Part shown: one piece after another, positions 50,465 through 63,290 of the stretch
How positions within the stretch are numbered: position 1 is the stretch's first letter
Layout of the letters: every line of letters starts with the position of its first letter
NCBI RefSeq assembly: GCF_001194135.2
Contig: NC_068990.1
Span: 45,426,361-45,490,360, forward strand
Reading direction: 5' to 3'
DNA: 64,000 nt
DNA from: Octopus bimaculoides
Taxonomy: Eukaryota
Position numbers and translations under genes: made by a program
The notes under the pieces: model-generated
What the model was told of the DNA's origin: nothing
Database searches by the model: none
Seen by the model: only the letters and a program-made list of their open reading frames with translations

Positions 50465-50692
50465 TTAAGCCATTAGCATTCAGATTACTCTGTCAAATCT
50501 AATACTTATTTATTCACATTGTTTTGAATTGATCATACATTATCTCATAACTTTGAGAGTTTGATAATGTGATTGTATATTTTAAGAATGACATTGTAGG
50601 ACAGGTGTGAGAGGTTAGATCTGGCCAATTTGAACATAACATAGGTAGAATATTTGGACCAGATATGGCTGGTTTAAATGCTAAAGGGTTAA
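50465..50692. mobile_element. piggyBac-type MITE
   Basis: TTAA at both ends; right end aatgctaaagggTTAA. Confidence 0.8.
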
Positions 50693-51521
50693 TGGTAAGA
50701 ATGAAAGACATACATCAATAGAAAGTAGGAACTGGCTCAGAGTGTGATTTCAGGGACATTTGGCTGCTTTTTATACCAGGTCTAGCTACCACACAGAGAG
50801 CTCTCACATATATAGTAGATTATCTGGCAATGTGAGGGTGTTGTATAAAAGTATTGCTATGTAGCATGCATTGCAAACTATATGCTTTATGAATTAGGAT
50901 CTCCGCATTTTGTCATTGAAATATGAATCACAGTGAAATTGTCTTTCAATGACAACATATAAAACACTTTCAATAGGATGAAGCGATCCTGGAATTTAAA
51001 TGACTTCACAGCTGAACAGCTTTGACAGCAGATATAATTTTTTGCCTGAAAAATTGCTGTCATCAATAGGAATTATTCTAGCTCCTGTGATGTAGGTCGA
51101 TCTTCTGAAAACAAAAGAAACAACAAAAAAACAAACAAAAAAAAAACAAACAAACCAAAAACTGCCATAAGGGATAGTGATGAAAACATGAACAAACTGA
51201 TGTCATCACTAGTTATTTCTCTCTCCATGTATGTATCTATATCTCTCTTTGTCTACAACTTTCTTGCCTTCTCTCTCCATCTGTGACACTTCATGTGTCT
51301 CTGTTGCTTTTCACTCTAAGGAACAGAGAGATAATGGTAAGACAAGATAGGTTTTTTTGGTGGGTTTATGAAAATATACAAAACTGAATTAAAAAACAAT
51401 GCCACTTTATTTTTAAAGTAAATTTGTATAACTTCTCTGTGAGAATAGAATATAATATATGGTTTTGTTGATGCTTGTTTTGTAGTTTCTGAATACAAGG
51501 CAGACATATTTATAGACAATT

Positions 51522-53606
51522 TACGTTTATATACATAGGTTATTATATTTTGAATTTCAATTCAGCATTGTTTGACAGAAGTTCTAAAATGTAATGTAGT
51601 ATATTTATAAATGTATAAAATGCACAATTTTTTCCAGATTTTTCAACCAAAAGTCGAGGATGTACGTTGTACTTGAAAACTAAATATTATCCATTTTTTC
51701 CAATTATGAGTAGTATATTTGAGATGGCATAATTTATATCTTATTGTCCAAACTAACTGATATGCAGTGAAGAGTTTAAATCACTATAATAATGTTACAT
51801 TTTTCTATAATAGAGACAAGACATTAAATGTTTACAACATTTCTTACATCAGCCCATTTATGATCATATTGCTCATTATTGTTTGTTATTGTTATTTCAC
51901 TATCACATTAAAACACTTCAGAAGTAGAATGTGAAATTAAAATGGAAACAGCAAAATGTTCATAGTTTCTGTTTAAACACTACATTACATTCCTCTTCTT
52001 CACTGTTTCTGTAAGCTTTGTTTATTTATGCTTAAATATTTAACCCTTTAGTGTTCACATTATTCTGCAATAATTAATGCTTTTTTATTCACATTGTTTT
52101 GAACTAATCAAGCATTATCTTGTAGCTATGAGATTTTGATGAGGTAGCTGTTAATTTTTAAAACGATATTGTAGGGTTGGTGTGAGAGACCAGATCTGGC
52201 CAGTTTGAACGTAGAATAGGCAGAATACTTTTGGCCGGATATGGCCGGTTTAAATGCTAAAGGGTTAAATACTTCAATTATTCACATTACTAACACACTT
52301 TTACACTAATGCTTTGATTCTGTGACTTGTGTGTTGTCAGCCTTTTCCATCAAGTTCCTCTTGTATACTTCCCTACCATACATCAGCAGTAACATGTTTT
52401 ATACAGCAGGTTGCAGTTCTTTGATGCTGCTTATATATTATTATATCCCAGAAGTTATTACAGTAAGTTTATTCAGCTGCTGGATGAAATAAATCAAAAT
52501 TATTTATAACATGTCATTTTTCTCAGTGAAGCTAACTTACCAGAGTTATTCAAGTTGAGAGATTATTTGATTAAGCGTAGTTCTTGCATGTAATTCTTTT
52601 GTTAGATTCTTCTAGTCTTGCTTCATAAGTCATATTTTGATTTTGATATAAAAGAAATTTCTGTGATGCTGCTATCATGAGAATTCTTGTGATAGATGAA
52701 ATTTAGTGAAACCTTGAAATCTCTCATTTATATCAATGTCTTTTTCAAATGTTCATTTACTTTCTGTAAACTACAGGTCAGTGTTCTATATTCTGCAAGA
52801 AATATGATTTAGATAGGATGCCATAATATGAACAAAAACTGACTTTCCAAAATGGTATTTAAGAAATATTGAAGAGTGTTCATTTGGTGTTGTAGTGCAT
52901 GTATGCATCAGGCATGAGTGTGTGGTTAAGAATTTTGCTTCATAATTGCATGGTTCCTTGTTCATTGCCCTTGCTTTTTCACCTTGGAGAATTATTTTTT
53001 TGCCAAGGCCTTGAGCTGACCAATACTTTGTAAGTCAAATTTGGTAGATGGACACATTGTAACAGCAGATAATGTACACATATCTTGCATCAATGTCAAG
53101 ATTACTTCATAGTTATGCAATCCTGGGTTTATTTCCATTACATGGAACCTAGAGTAAGTACTTTCTACCAAAGTATCAGGTTGACTAATACTTCATAAAT
53201 AGAATTTGGTAGATAGAATCAATGTGGAAACCTGGAATGCATAAATATGGTAGATAGACATCCATTCAGCTTGGTTGGTCATTGCTGGTGTCTGTTTCCT
53301 ATTTTATAAGATGAGAGGATGTGATTTGAAGGACATTTGGTTTCCGTTTCTAGGTCATATGACATTGTGGAAGCTCCTTCATCTTTATATACATAATTAT
53401 GCCATCTCAAACATACTACTCATAATTGGAAAAATGGATAATATTTAGTTTTCAAGTACAATGTACATCCTCGACTTTTCGTTGAAAAATCTGGAAAAAA
53501 TTGTGCATTTTATACATTTATAAATATACTACATTACATTTTAGAACTTCTGTCAAACAATGCTGAATTGAAATTCAAAATATAATAACCTATGTATATA
53601 AATGTA
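51522..53606. repeat. Long inverted repeat: arms 51522-51734 and 53395-53606, 1660-bp spacer
   Basis: About 4 mismatches and 1 indel over 213 bp; TA at both outer ends. Confidence 0.9.
52040..52268. mobile_element. piggyBac-type MITE
   Basis: TTAA-CCCTTTAG...CTAAAGGG-TTAA. Confidence 0.88.
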
Positions 53607-54648
53607 TCAGATTTTTTCAGACAATCTGAACAATACACTCTTTTTGAAACAGCTATCTTTTCACTAAGCACAAGAAGGGAAATATTGTGTATTATAACAT
53701 TCACTCATTGCCCAAGAGTATTAGACAGTAGAACTTCAATTAGGTATTGAAACTTAGTTGCAGACTTTATCATTATCATCTCAAATTTGTTTTACGATAG
53801 TGGCATGGATTGGCTTGATCTCATCACACCTCACCAATTATTGTAGTCCTTTGTCATTTAGCACATATAGCAACAAAGAAAATGAGATATCTTTATTACC
53901 CTAGAGAAGTCAGCTCTAACCAAGACTAGAAAGTCCTCTTTCTCTTATATCATGTCCCCTCCATTCATTTGTTTTTTCCTTTTTCTGAAGTATTCTTACC
54001 ATAGGGTACTTACTAAATCATGCATAAAATAATGAACAGGAAAACTATAGTATAATGAAAACCAAGTTTTAACTTGTGTACTCTGAATTAATGGCATCAC
54101 CAAAGCTACTCTTGTTTACAACACAACTATTTCTGTATTTCTAGAAAAAAATGTCTTTATTTTTTAGTCATAAAGTCTTTCTCTCTTTAATGTGTTAAAT
54201 CATAGATGTCATAATCCTCTAACAATGAATTCGAGTGGCAGCACAACAAAACATATTCACAGATGTATCCAAATGACTAATATGCCATAGCAAGATAATT
54301 AATGAGGTTCTCCAGGGAAACTGATTATATGTTTAGAGGAATCTATATTTGCTCACATTTAACCAAACTTGGCATGTTACAAGCCTTTCAACTCAACTAA
54401 AGTTTATTGAATTAAATAAAAGAGCTTAATTCATGAATCCTAAATTTATCAGTGTTGAGTTACCTGAAATGTACACTTTGTATTTATTGATTGCATTGTC
54501 TTGCATCTAGCAACACGTTGGGATTAAGCAGTTTCTGTATTGACATGATAATACAACTAAATCCATGAACCAACATTTACTGATCTTATATAAATACAAA
54601 TTAAACCAGTAAAACTAAAATAATATATATATTTATGTAAAATTATAT

Positions 54649-55012
54649 ATGGTGAGAATGGATGAGGATAGCTGCGTGAAAAAGTGCCACACTCTAACAG
54701 TTGAGGGAACCCATGGAAGAGGTAGGCCCAGGAAGACCTGGGCTGAGGTGGTGAGGCAAGACCTTCGTACATTGGGCCTCACCGAGGCGATGACTACTGA
54801 CCGAGACCTTTGGAAATGTGCTGTGCGTGAGAAGACCTGGCAAGCCAAGTAAGATCGTTGCCAGTGCCCCTGGACTGGCTCTTGTGCGGGTGGCACATGA
54901 GATGCACCATTTTGAGCGTGGCTGTTGCCAGGACCGCCTGACTGGCTTCCGTAGGATTTTCAAGCGAGATCGTTGCCAGTGCCCCTGGACTGGCTTGTGC
55001 GGGTGGCACATA
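54649..55012 (+). mobile_element. Young RTE LINE 3' fragment
   Basis: VRMDEDSCVKKCHTLTVEGTHGRGRPRKTWAEVVRQDLRTLGLTEAMTTDRDLWKCAVREKT is uninterrupted; the 3' UTR runs into a gap. Confidence 0.9.
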
Positions 55013-55378
55013 NNNNNNNNNNNNNNNNNNNNNNNNNNNNNNNNNNNNNNNNNNNNNNNNNNNNNNNNNNNNNNNNNNNNNNNNNNNNNNNNNNNNNNNN
55101 NNNNNNNNNNNNNNNNNNNNNNNNNNNNNNNNNNNNNNNNNNNNNNNNNNNNNNNNNNNNNNNNNNNNNNNNNNNNNNNNNNNNNNNNNNNNNNNNNNNN
55201 NNNNNNNNNNNNNNNNNNNNNNNNNNNNNNNNNNNNNNNNNNNNNNNNNNNNNNNNNNNNNNNNNNNNNNNNNNNNNNNNNNNNNNNNNNNNNNNNNNNN
55301 NNNNNNNNNNNNNNNNNNNNNNNNNNNNNNNNNNNNNNNNNNNNNNNNNNNNNNNNNNNNNNNNNNNNNNNNNNNNNN

Positions 55379-55415
<37 letters not shown>

Positions 55416-55417
<2 letters not shown>

Positions 55418-55752
55418 CACAAGTGTGGCTGTGTGGTAAGGAGTTTGCTTGGCACTTTAGACAAGCGTATTTTATTATAGCTTTGAGTCAACCAAAGCCT
55501 TGTGAGTAGATTTGGTAAATGATAACTGAAAGATGCCTGTTGTATAAGTGTGTATGTCCTTGTATCTGTGTTTGTTCCCCACATCCACTTGACAACCAGT
55601 GTTAGTTTGTTGACATCGCTGTGACTTAGCAGTTTGGCAAAAAAAAACAACCCTAATAAAATAAGTGTCAAGCTTAAAAAATAAAAAAAATGAGTACTGG
55701 GGTCAATTCATTCAACTAAAACCCACTGATTGAAACAAATAAAAGATAAAAG
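55416..55752 (+). mobile_element. Diverged CORE-type SINE
   Basis: ggcacaagtgtggctgtgtgg..gattgaaacaaataaaagataaaaga. Confidence 0.8.
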
Positions 55753-56618
55753 ACGAAAGATATATGCTGTATAAAAGTCCATTAAAACTATCCATTCAGT
55801 TGTTACTTGATCTTGAATGTCTCCTCCTAGTTAATACTTTTTCAAAATATACTGAATTATTTTTCAGCTGATTATATGCCAACAATATCAATGCTTTTCC
55901 CCCACTTGATATGTAGGTCTCAGACAACTTATTTAACATACCTTAAATCTTTTACTTTCCATTTTCACAGTACACAGCATCTTCCTTTTATACTATCCTA
56001 ATAAATATTGTCTAACAATTAATTGAAGTTAACAATTTGAAATATAATGAGAATGAGAGAGAAATATTACACAAACACACACACACACACACACACNNNN
56101 NNNNNNNNNNNNNNNNNNNNNNNNNNNNNNNNNNNNNNNNNNNNNNNNNNNNNNNNNNNNNNNNNNNNNNNNNNNNNNNNNNNNNNNNNNNNNNNNNNNN
56201 NNNNNNNNNNNNNNNNNNNNNNNNNNNNNNNNNNNNNNNNNNNNNNNNNNNNNNNNNNNNNNNNNNNNNNNNNNNNNNNNNNNNNNNNNNNNNNNNNNNN
56301 NNNNNNNNNNNNNNNNNNNNNNNNNNNNNNNNNNNNNNNNNNNNNNNNNNNNNNNNNNNNNNNNNNNNNNNNNNNNNNNNNNNNNNNNNNNNNNNNNNNN
56401 NNNNNNNNNNNNNNNNNNNNNNNNNNNNNNNNNNNNNNNNNNNNNNNNNNNNNNNNNNNNNNNNNNNNNNNNNNNNNNNNNNNNNNNNNNNNNNNNNNNN
56501 NNNNNNNNNNNNNNNNNNNNNNNNNNNNNNNNNNNNNNNNNNNNNNNNNNNNNNNNNNNNNNNNNNNNNNNNNNNNNNNNNNNNNNNNNNNNNNNNNNNT
56601 ATATCTATATATATATAT

Positions 56619-56818
56619 GGGAGAATATACAAATAATAGCAACAGACGAGGACAGGTGGTGTAAATAACAAAAGTATATATTAGTATGACGCTCGGGAAT
56701 ACGGAAAGTCTTTGACGTTTCGAGCTACGCTCTTCAACAGAAAGAATACGGAGACAAGGAGAAAAACACGGAGAAAAAAAATTGAATAGTGTCCAGTCAA
56801 CGGTCACTCATAATAATC

Positions 56819-56820
<2 letters not shown>
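56619..56820 (-). mobile_element. Penelope-like pseudo-LTR fragment within (TA)n
   Basis: CpG-rich 200-bp insert flanked by (TA)n; carries a hammerhead motif; homologous to 36958-37200. Confidence 0.65.
56709..56745 (-). ncRNA. Minimal type-I hammerhead ribozyme motif (variant core)
   Basis: Minus strand TCTTT-CTGTTGA-A-GAGC-GTA-GCTC-GAA-ACGT-C-AAAGA: 5-bp stem I, 4-bp stem II, GAAA, palindromic ACGT stem III and GUC cleavage triplet. The core has A6>U plus an extra A. Confidence 0.65.
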
Positions 56821-56849
<29 letters not shown>

Positions 56850-57539
56850 GGGTTATGGTTTATGGGCCAGAATTTACAGAATAGGAATACAAATTTGACC
56901 ATTCATCTATTTAGGTCTGATAATTATTAAAAAGGAAGTTATTTTGGCTTTTGGCTGATTCATCAGTTGTAACAATGTGCTATAAAAGATGATTATATAA
57001 TGACATACTTGAAGGATACAGTTTACAGTGCACCAGTTGCTTTCTGCCATAGAATTGTTAGTTGGTTCATGGCAACAGGTCTAACAGCAGGCAATGTGAC
57101 ATACTTCTATTCACTGCTGCACCATATCTTCCACTAGTTTCCCTCACCACCACTAAAAAAAAAAAAACCAACAGCAACAAAAAGCAAAAAAACTGGATAT
57201 ATCTTGAAGCTAACATACTTTAAGGTAAAAACAGTTTTTTTTTTGTAAGAACATTTATAGGTTTTCTCTAAATAAAGCCATCTTTATTTTGAATATTTTC
57301 AAGAACAGTATCACATTTCTTGGCTCATAAAAAGTAACAAGGGATAAGATGTACATTCCCCTTATGATTAGCAAAGTTTATTTTGCAAATATATATATAT
57401 ATATATATTTGGTAATATACAAATATATTATACTGGCTAACATGAATTAAACTTGTTCTGTTATATTTGGGTACAGATTACAAAAATACCATCAGCTTTA
57501 GCTCCTGTTTTGCAGATAGAGCAGAGTTCTTTATGTGTA

Positions 57540-58720
57540 TGCATGTGTGTGTATAGATGTTTGTAAGTTTGTGTCCCCTTGGCTTGATAGTTGTAGATGA
57601 GTATCATTGTCATACATGCAGTGTCATTCATTTCAAATAGTCTACAGAAACCATGTCTGGTTATTAAGAAATATTACCTTGCTTGGAAACAGGAGGGGCA
57701 TCTGGCCATTGAAAATCTGCCCTGATAAACTCCATCCAACCCATGCAAGCATGGAAAAAATAGATGTTAAAAGGATGACATATCAATTCAGTAGATGAAA
57801 TTAGAAGCCCTTGTTTGCAGTTTAGATTTTGGTGTTTTAGAAGTTTAAGGCACTGATTGCAAACATGGCATCAGTTTTGCCCTCTCATCTATAATTGATT
57901 GATTAATGGTGTGTTTTTTTGAAAGAAAAATAGTATCAATGTTAATATAGTACATTTTATACACAAGCATGCATGTCATCATCATATCATCATCTTTTAA
58001 TGTCTGTTTTCCATGCTGGCATGGGTTGGATGGTTTGACCAGAGCAGGCAAGTAAGGGAGCTACATCAGGTTCCAGTCTTATTTGGCTTTGGTTTCTGTG
58101 GCTGGACACCTTTCCTATTGCCAACCACATTACAGTGTGTGATGGTTGCTTTTAACATGGCACTGCCACAAGCACTTTTCTGTGGTGCTAGTACAAGTGC
58201 TTTTTACATGGCACTGGCTCAGGGGGCTCTTGCAGGCCAATCCTCTTCAATGGGGGAGCGGTATTAACACTTCTGCTGTGGAGGATGGGTCTTCTTGAGT
58301 GCAGCAAGGTGCCAGATACCTCTGTCCTTTGTAATTTGGTTCAGTGTCCTGAGGTCATTCTTCAGTACATTTTCCCATGTCTTCCTGGGTTTCCCTCATT
58401 TTGGAATGGTGAAATTTGAAATCATAAATAATAGTATGTAAATAATGGGTTTAAAAAATTATTTGGATTGAAAAAGTTGAGGTTGCTTGTGGAATGTGTG
58501 TGTGTGTGTGTGTGTTTCCTTGTCTTTCTTTTGTATGGTAGTTGTAAATGATTGGCACTGTCTTACAAGAAGTGTAGTACATTTCCAGCATCCTGTATGA
58601 TCATATCCAGTTATGAAGAAATATTACCTTGCTTGGAAATAGGTGAGGGCTAGCATTAAGAAAGGCATCCAGCCATAGAAAATCTGCTTCAATAAGTTCT
58701 GTCCAACCTATGCAAACATA
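57540..58720. mobile_element. Family-B SINE halves (57540-57790 +, 58495-58720 +) and an RTE 3' fragment (57985-58410 -)
   Basis: Family motifs; the RTE piece reads ~GKPRKTWENVLKNDLRTL. Confidence 0.7.
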
Positions 58721-58786
58721 GAGCATTGACCAGACATGTTTTCATGGAAAACTGGAAATGATGCTCATTTACAAGCATCATATAGT

Positions 58787-60519
58787 CTAGACCAGGCATC
58801 TTTTCTTGGCAACGAGTTCATTGATGTTTGGGGCAAGGTTCTGTGTTGTTGAAATTCTCAGGATGGATTGCAGGTGTTCATCTGTGAGACGACTCCTATG
58901 TGACATTTTATTCATCTTCATCACAAAGAACAGCTGCTCGCAGATATGTACTTCCAAACAAAGATAGCATTCGAGCTGCATGTAAACGGAGCAGGGGAAT
59001 TCCTTCAGGTATGAAGCAAGTTAACTGTGTGGGCCCCCTCAGAGTCATACTTTGCTTTTAATGTCCCATTATACTGCAGTTCTTTCAGCTCCATTTGAAT
59101 CTGTACAGGTGCAGTTTCCACATTGATGGCAACTGGGTTTCAAAGCAGCTTGAAATTATTTTTCTGTGCTTCAAAGTCACTAAAGCGCCATGTGAATTCA
59201 GTGTGGAGTGCACTCCATTTATCAGTGGGAACACTGTGGCACTGACTTGGGTCAACATTACTTGGCAACAGGGAAAGTGAGACAAATTCAATTAGTGAAT
59301 TTGTGTCTCCTATAAGTGCAGCTTCATTTGAAATGCCTTCACTGCGTCATACATATCACAGATCATGCAATCCCATCCCTGGACTTGGATGTTTAAAACA
59401 CTGAGATGCGCAGTTATGTCAGCCAGAAACGCCAACTCGCATTTCCACTTTTCGTCCCGCAGAACTTTGGATTCTTTTCCTTTACTGTCCATGAACTGAC
59501 ATATTTCCTCAATCAGCTCAAAAACTATATTGAGGACTTGACTGAGCCGCCGCACCTCCATATGATAGACATGTCACCAAAGACTGAAGTTGGTAGTGAT
59601 TTAACCCATTGGCTCAGATAAAGTTTATGGTTTGTGTTACAGTGCTCATTATATGTTCCATTTTTAAGGCTTTAGCGCACAGCATTTCCTGGTGTTTGAT
59701 GCAGCGATATGTTGTCAACTTACCAGCGTAGTTCTGTTATTGCATCTTTAAACATAACCTGCCTGCTTGTCCACTTTTTCACTGCACATCATTGGTGCTC
59801 CATCTGTTGTAAGTTCAACAAGTTTGTCCCAAGGCAGTTTCATGTTGGTTACACACTCTGACATATTTTTTCAAAAAGGTCCTTTCTTGTCCCATGCATC
59901 GATTTAATGTCCAAAATTTCCTCCATGAGGAACAAATTGGACTCCACGGATGAAGATAGCCAGCTGTGCCATATCAGTCATGTCAAAAGTCTCATCCACA
60001 GCAAGAGAGTATGCAACAAAATCTTTTCCTTTTTCAATCAACTGTGTTTTCAAATCAGTGACCATCTCATACACCCAATCAGCAACCATATTTCTGCTAA
60101 TACTCATATTAGCAAGCAGTTGCTTCACACACAATGTCACACATTTTCATCATGCAGCTCTTTACAAACTCTCCTTCGGTAAATGGCCGGGCTGATTTTG
60201 TGATCTCCTCTGCCACAATAAAATTTGCTTTAACAGCAGCTTCACTTTGTGATTTTGCTTTGGTTAAAAAAGTCTTTTGTAATATGGGATTCCTCTTCAA
60301 CTCATCTACCTTTTGTTGCTTTTGCTCAGCAGTGAGGTATTTATACTTGTCCTGATGTTTTGTTTTGTAGTGACATTTGCGATCATACTCTTTAAGTACA
60401 GCAACATTAGCACCACAATTAAGACACACGGGTTTGCCATCAATGTCAGTAAACATGTACTCGGTTTCCAACTGGATTTGAAAGACTCTGTTTTCAGCAT
60501 CGACTTTTCTCTTGGCCAT
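58787..60519 (-). pseudogene. hAT transposase pseudogene (GTF2IRD2-like)
   Basis: MAKRKVDAENRVF..GKPVCLNC..HYKTKH, SARPFTEGEFVKSC, YSLAVDETFDMTDMAQLAIFIRGV, LTTDGAP, ELAFLADITAHL, HRSRLTDEHLQSILRI; several frameshifts. Confidence 0.92.
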
Positions 60520-61039
60520 TGATATAGATAGCTACTACTACTGAATGATGTCACATGAAAATGATCACCCGAAAGAGTGGTAAGGCAGCTGTTGCAGTGC
60601 ATTATGGGATTAGTAGATTTTGCGTCATCAGCGCTTCACAACATGTGATTAGAGAATCGAAGGTGTTTCCCAGCATGCTTTGTTGCAGTTACAATTAAGA
60701 CTTGTGACTGTGTTATGCCTCTTTAATGTGCTTTTTTTTGTACAGGCAGGGTGTAATAGTTACAGTGGTGTTGTTTCTAGTTGTTTATTAAATCACTGCT
60801 ACTTTTGGTGACACCCTTAGTAATAAAGGTAGTGCAGTCAGTGCTATATATAAATGTAACGGCCTGCTTTAGCCATACACTATGTATGTGTAGTTGTAAC
60901 AAGAAGGCATGGGTGTTGCTGAGGACAGCAAAGTACTCTATTTGCCGATGCCCCCAAGTGGACCAATTTCATGCTGATATCAAAATGGTCCCGTGGGCCT
61001 GATGAAATTGCTGCATGGGCCGGGAGTTTGACATGTCTG
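58793..61039 (-). mobile_element. hAT (SPIN/GTF2IRD2-like) transposon, 2247 bp, one terminus nearly deleted
   Basis: Perfect 8-bp TSD gtctagac (58785-58792 and 61040-61047). Intact TIR CAGACATGTCAAACTC at the 61039 end; only CAGGCAT at the 58793 end. Confidence 0.9.
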
Positions 61040-61532
61040 GTCTAGACAATGGAGTGCACACTAGAGATCAGTGTTGCTTCATCTATCTGTCTATATCTTC
61101 ATTTAGACATGTTCATTTTCTTTTGGTGAGCTATTTTTAGGTCATAATTGTCTTCAAAGAGTAGTTCATTTGAGGTACTTTGGCTTTTATTTCTACTTTT
61201 ACAACTACCTTTGATGACATTTCATACTGACATACCTGTACAACTTGTAGGTCACTTCAATTATCCTGTTGAGGTAATTAGGTTCCCAGCAGTCACCCAC
61301 TTGTTCAACTAATTAAATAATTTATGTCATGCCTCTCCACGAATCAGCAGTACCAAGATTGAGATTCAGTGAACTCATCTTGCTGGAACATTTCCTTATC
61401 CTGCTAATCTCTCTGTCTCACATGTTCTCCTTTATACTAAAATTGTATCATCCCAAATGATTATGTAGCCATAATTTTGTAGCTTCCTCCAGTTGTGGGA
61501 ATTTTGCTTCTTTATAATAAACTCCATTTTGT

Positions 61533-61757
61533 TTGACATCTAGCATTCAAATTACTGTCAAATGTAATGCTTATTTATTCACATTGTTTTGAATTAATCA
61601 CGCATTATCTTGTAGCTTTGAGATTTAAATGATTTGATTGTTAATTTTTAGACTGATATTGTAGGATAGGTGTAAGAGGTCATATCTGGCTGGTTTCACC
61701 ATAAAACAAATAGAATATTTGGGATGGATATGACCAGTTTAAATGCTAATGGATTAA
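61533..61757. mobile_element. piggyBac-type MITE (diverged)
   Basis: Same body as 50465 and 52040; ends aatgctaatggaTTAA. Confidence 0.75.
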
Positions 61758-62712
61758 TGCTGTATCCTTTTTTCTCCATTCAGTTAGTGGTGGTGGTGGT
61801 GATGGTCTATGCTTTTGCTCGGTATGAAAATGTTTTGGCACGGCTGTTTATGTGTCACCTATATAACATCACTGATTCAACTCTGACTTATTCGACATCA
61901 CATGTTTTAATGTTTCTCTTATTCTCTTTTCACTCTCTCTGATTGTGTGTCTGAACATCCAGTTATGTTTGTATGTATGTATGTATAATCTCTCTTTCTC
62001 TCTCTCTCCTCTATCTGTATATTTCTGTATGCACACACATGTCTCCAGTGCTAAAACATAGTCACCAAAACAGGCCAAAGGTCCAGTCAGCCATGCCAAA
62101 TTGTCAGTGTCCACACAACCACACTCAATCATCTCATTCTGTTTCTCTTAGATGCTCAGTTAACTGTGTTGTTTGGAATATTCAAGAACTTGTAACTAAC
62201 TGCATATACCTGGCTTTAGTTGTTATATTATATAGTGTCATATTGAAGAGTACAGTAGCAGAATAACTAAGCTGACAGCTAACAGATTGAGTCTACTGCT
62301 GTCTGTCTAGAAATGGTGTATGAAGCATCATCATTATAGATTCATCATAAACCAAACCAAACCAAACAAAAGGCATTGTTACCAGTGCTAGTACAGCTTT
62401 GTAAACTTCTTATTAGTTACTATCAATATGTTATAACACTAAATGATCTGACAATTGTAGTATTAGGATATACTTATTGTATGTGAATTTTAGCTGCAGG
62501 CTTATATTATGAAACTAGGGTTCTAATGAAGATCAAACTCTTCTGCCATAATCTACTCTACCACAGTTTAAGGATGATAATATCAAACTTAAATGTAGAC
62601 TAGTCAGGTGTCTTATTATTCCAAGTTCAAATTTTACTTGAGCTTGATATCTTTTCTTTCTTCTGGGATAAATATAAGTACTAGTAACAAAAGTAGTAAA
62701 CACAATTAGCTT

Positions 62713-62927
62713 CATCATCATCATCATCGTTTAACGTCCGTTTTCCATGCTGGCATGGGTTGGACGGTTTGACTGGGGTCTGGTAAGCCAGGAGACCGCA
62801 CCAAGCTCCAATCTGATCTGGTAATGTTTCTACCACTGGATTCCTTTCCCAATGCCAACCACTTCGAGAGTGCAGTGGGTGCTTTTTACGTGCCACCAGC
62901 ACAGGAGCCAGTCGGGGCAAGGGGGCT
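62713..62927 (-). mobile_element. RTE 3' UTR fragment (young)
   Basis: catcatcatcgtttaacgtccgttttccatgctggc..gtgctttttacgtgccacc. Confidence 0.8.
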
Positions 62928-63290
62928 GGTATCTGCACTTGAATAAGTAAATGCACTTGAAAGAGAAGCAATCAAAGTAATGTGTACATCATAACATGTT
63001 TGTGTACGCACAAATGTGGAACAATGCTTGTTATGAGATCTAGTTTCAGAGAACAACTTTATAGAGACTGTGTGTTAAAAACATGCTCCAAACGACATCA
63101 GTGGACTGTCAGACATAAGTGTTTTGGCATAATTTTGTCTCCTCAGTTACAGATACTTCCTCAGTCATTTGGCTAACTAGAAGCTTCTATTCTTACTTTT
63201 GAAGGTAGTGTTCCAGCTTGATTTCAAAAATCCAATTATTTGGTAAATCTTGAAAGTTAAAACAACTGGGTCTAAGCAAAAGTTAACTAA

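Noticed and set aside
52300-52860. Splice-like signals inside the long inverted-repeat spacer (minus-strand CTG|gtaagt near 52540; plus-strand acceptor at 52777)
   Set aside because: All three frames next to these sites contain stops; a captured coding exon is unsupported.
749-56807. Long ORFs made mostly of X (e.g. 749-1322, 15372-15995, 25388-26106, 42041-42709, 54694-55671, 56012-56807)
   Set aside because: They stay open only because they run through N gaps.
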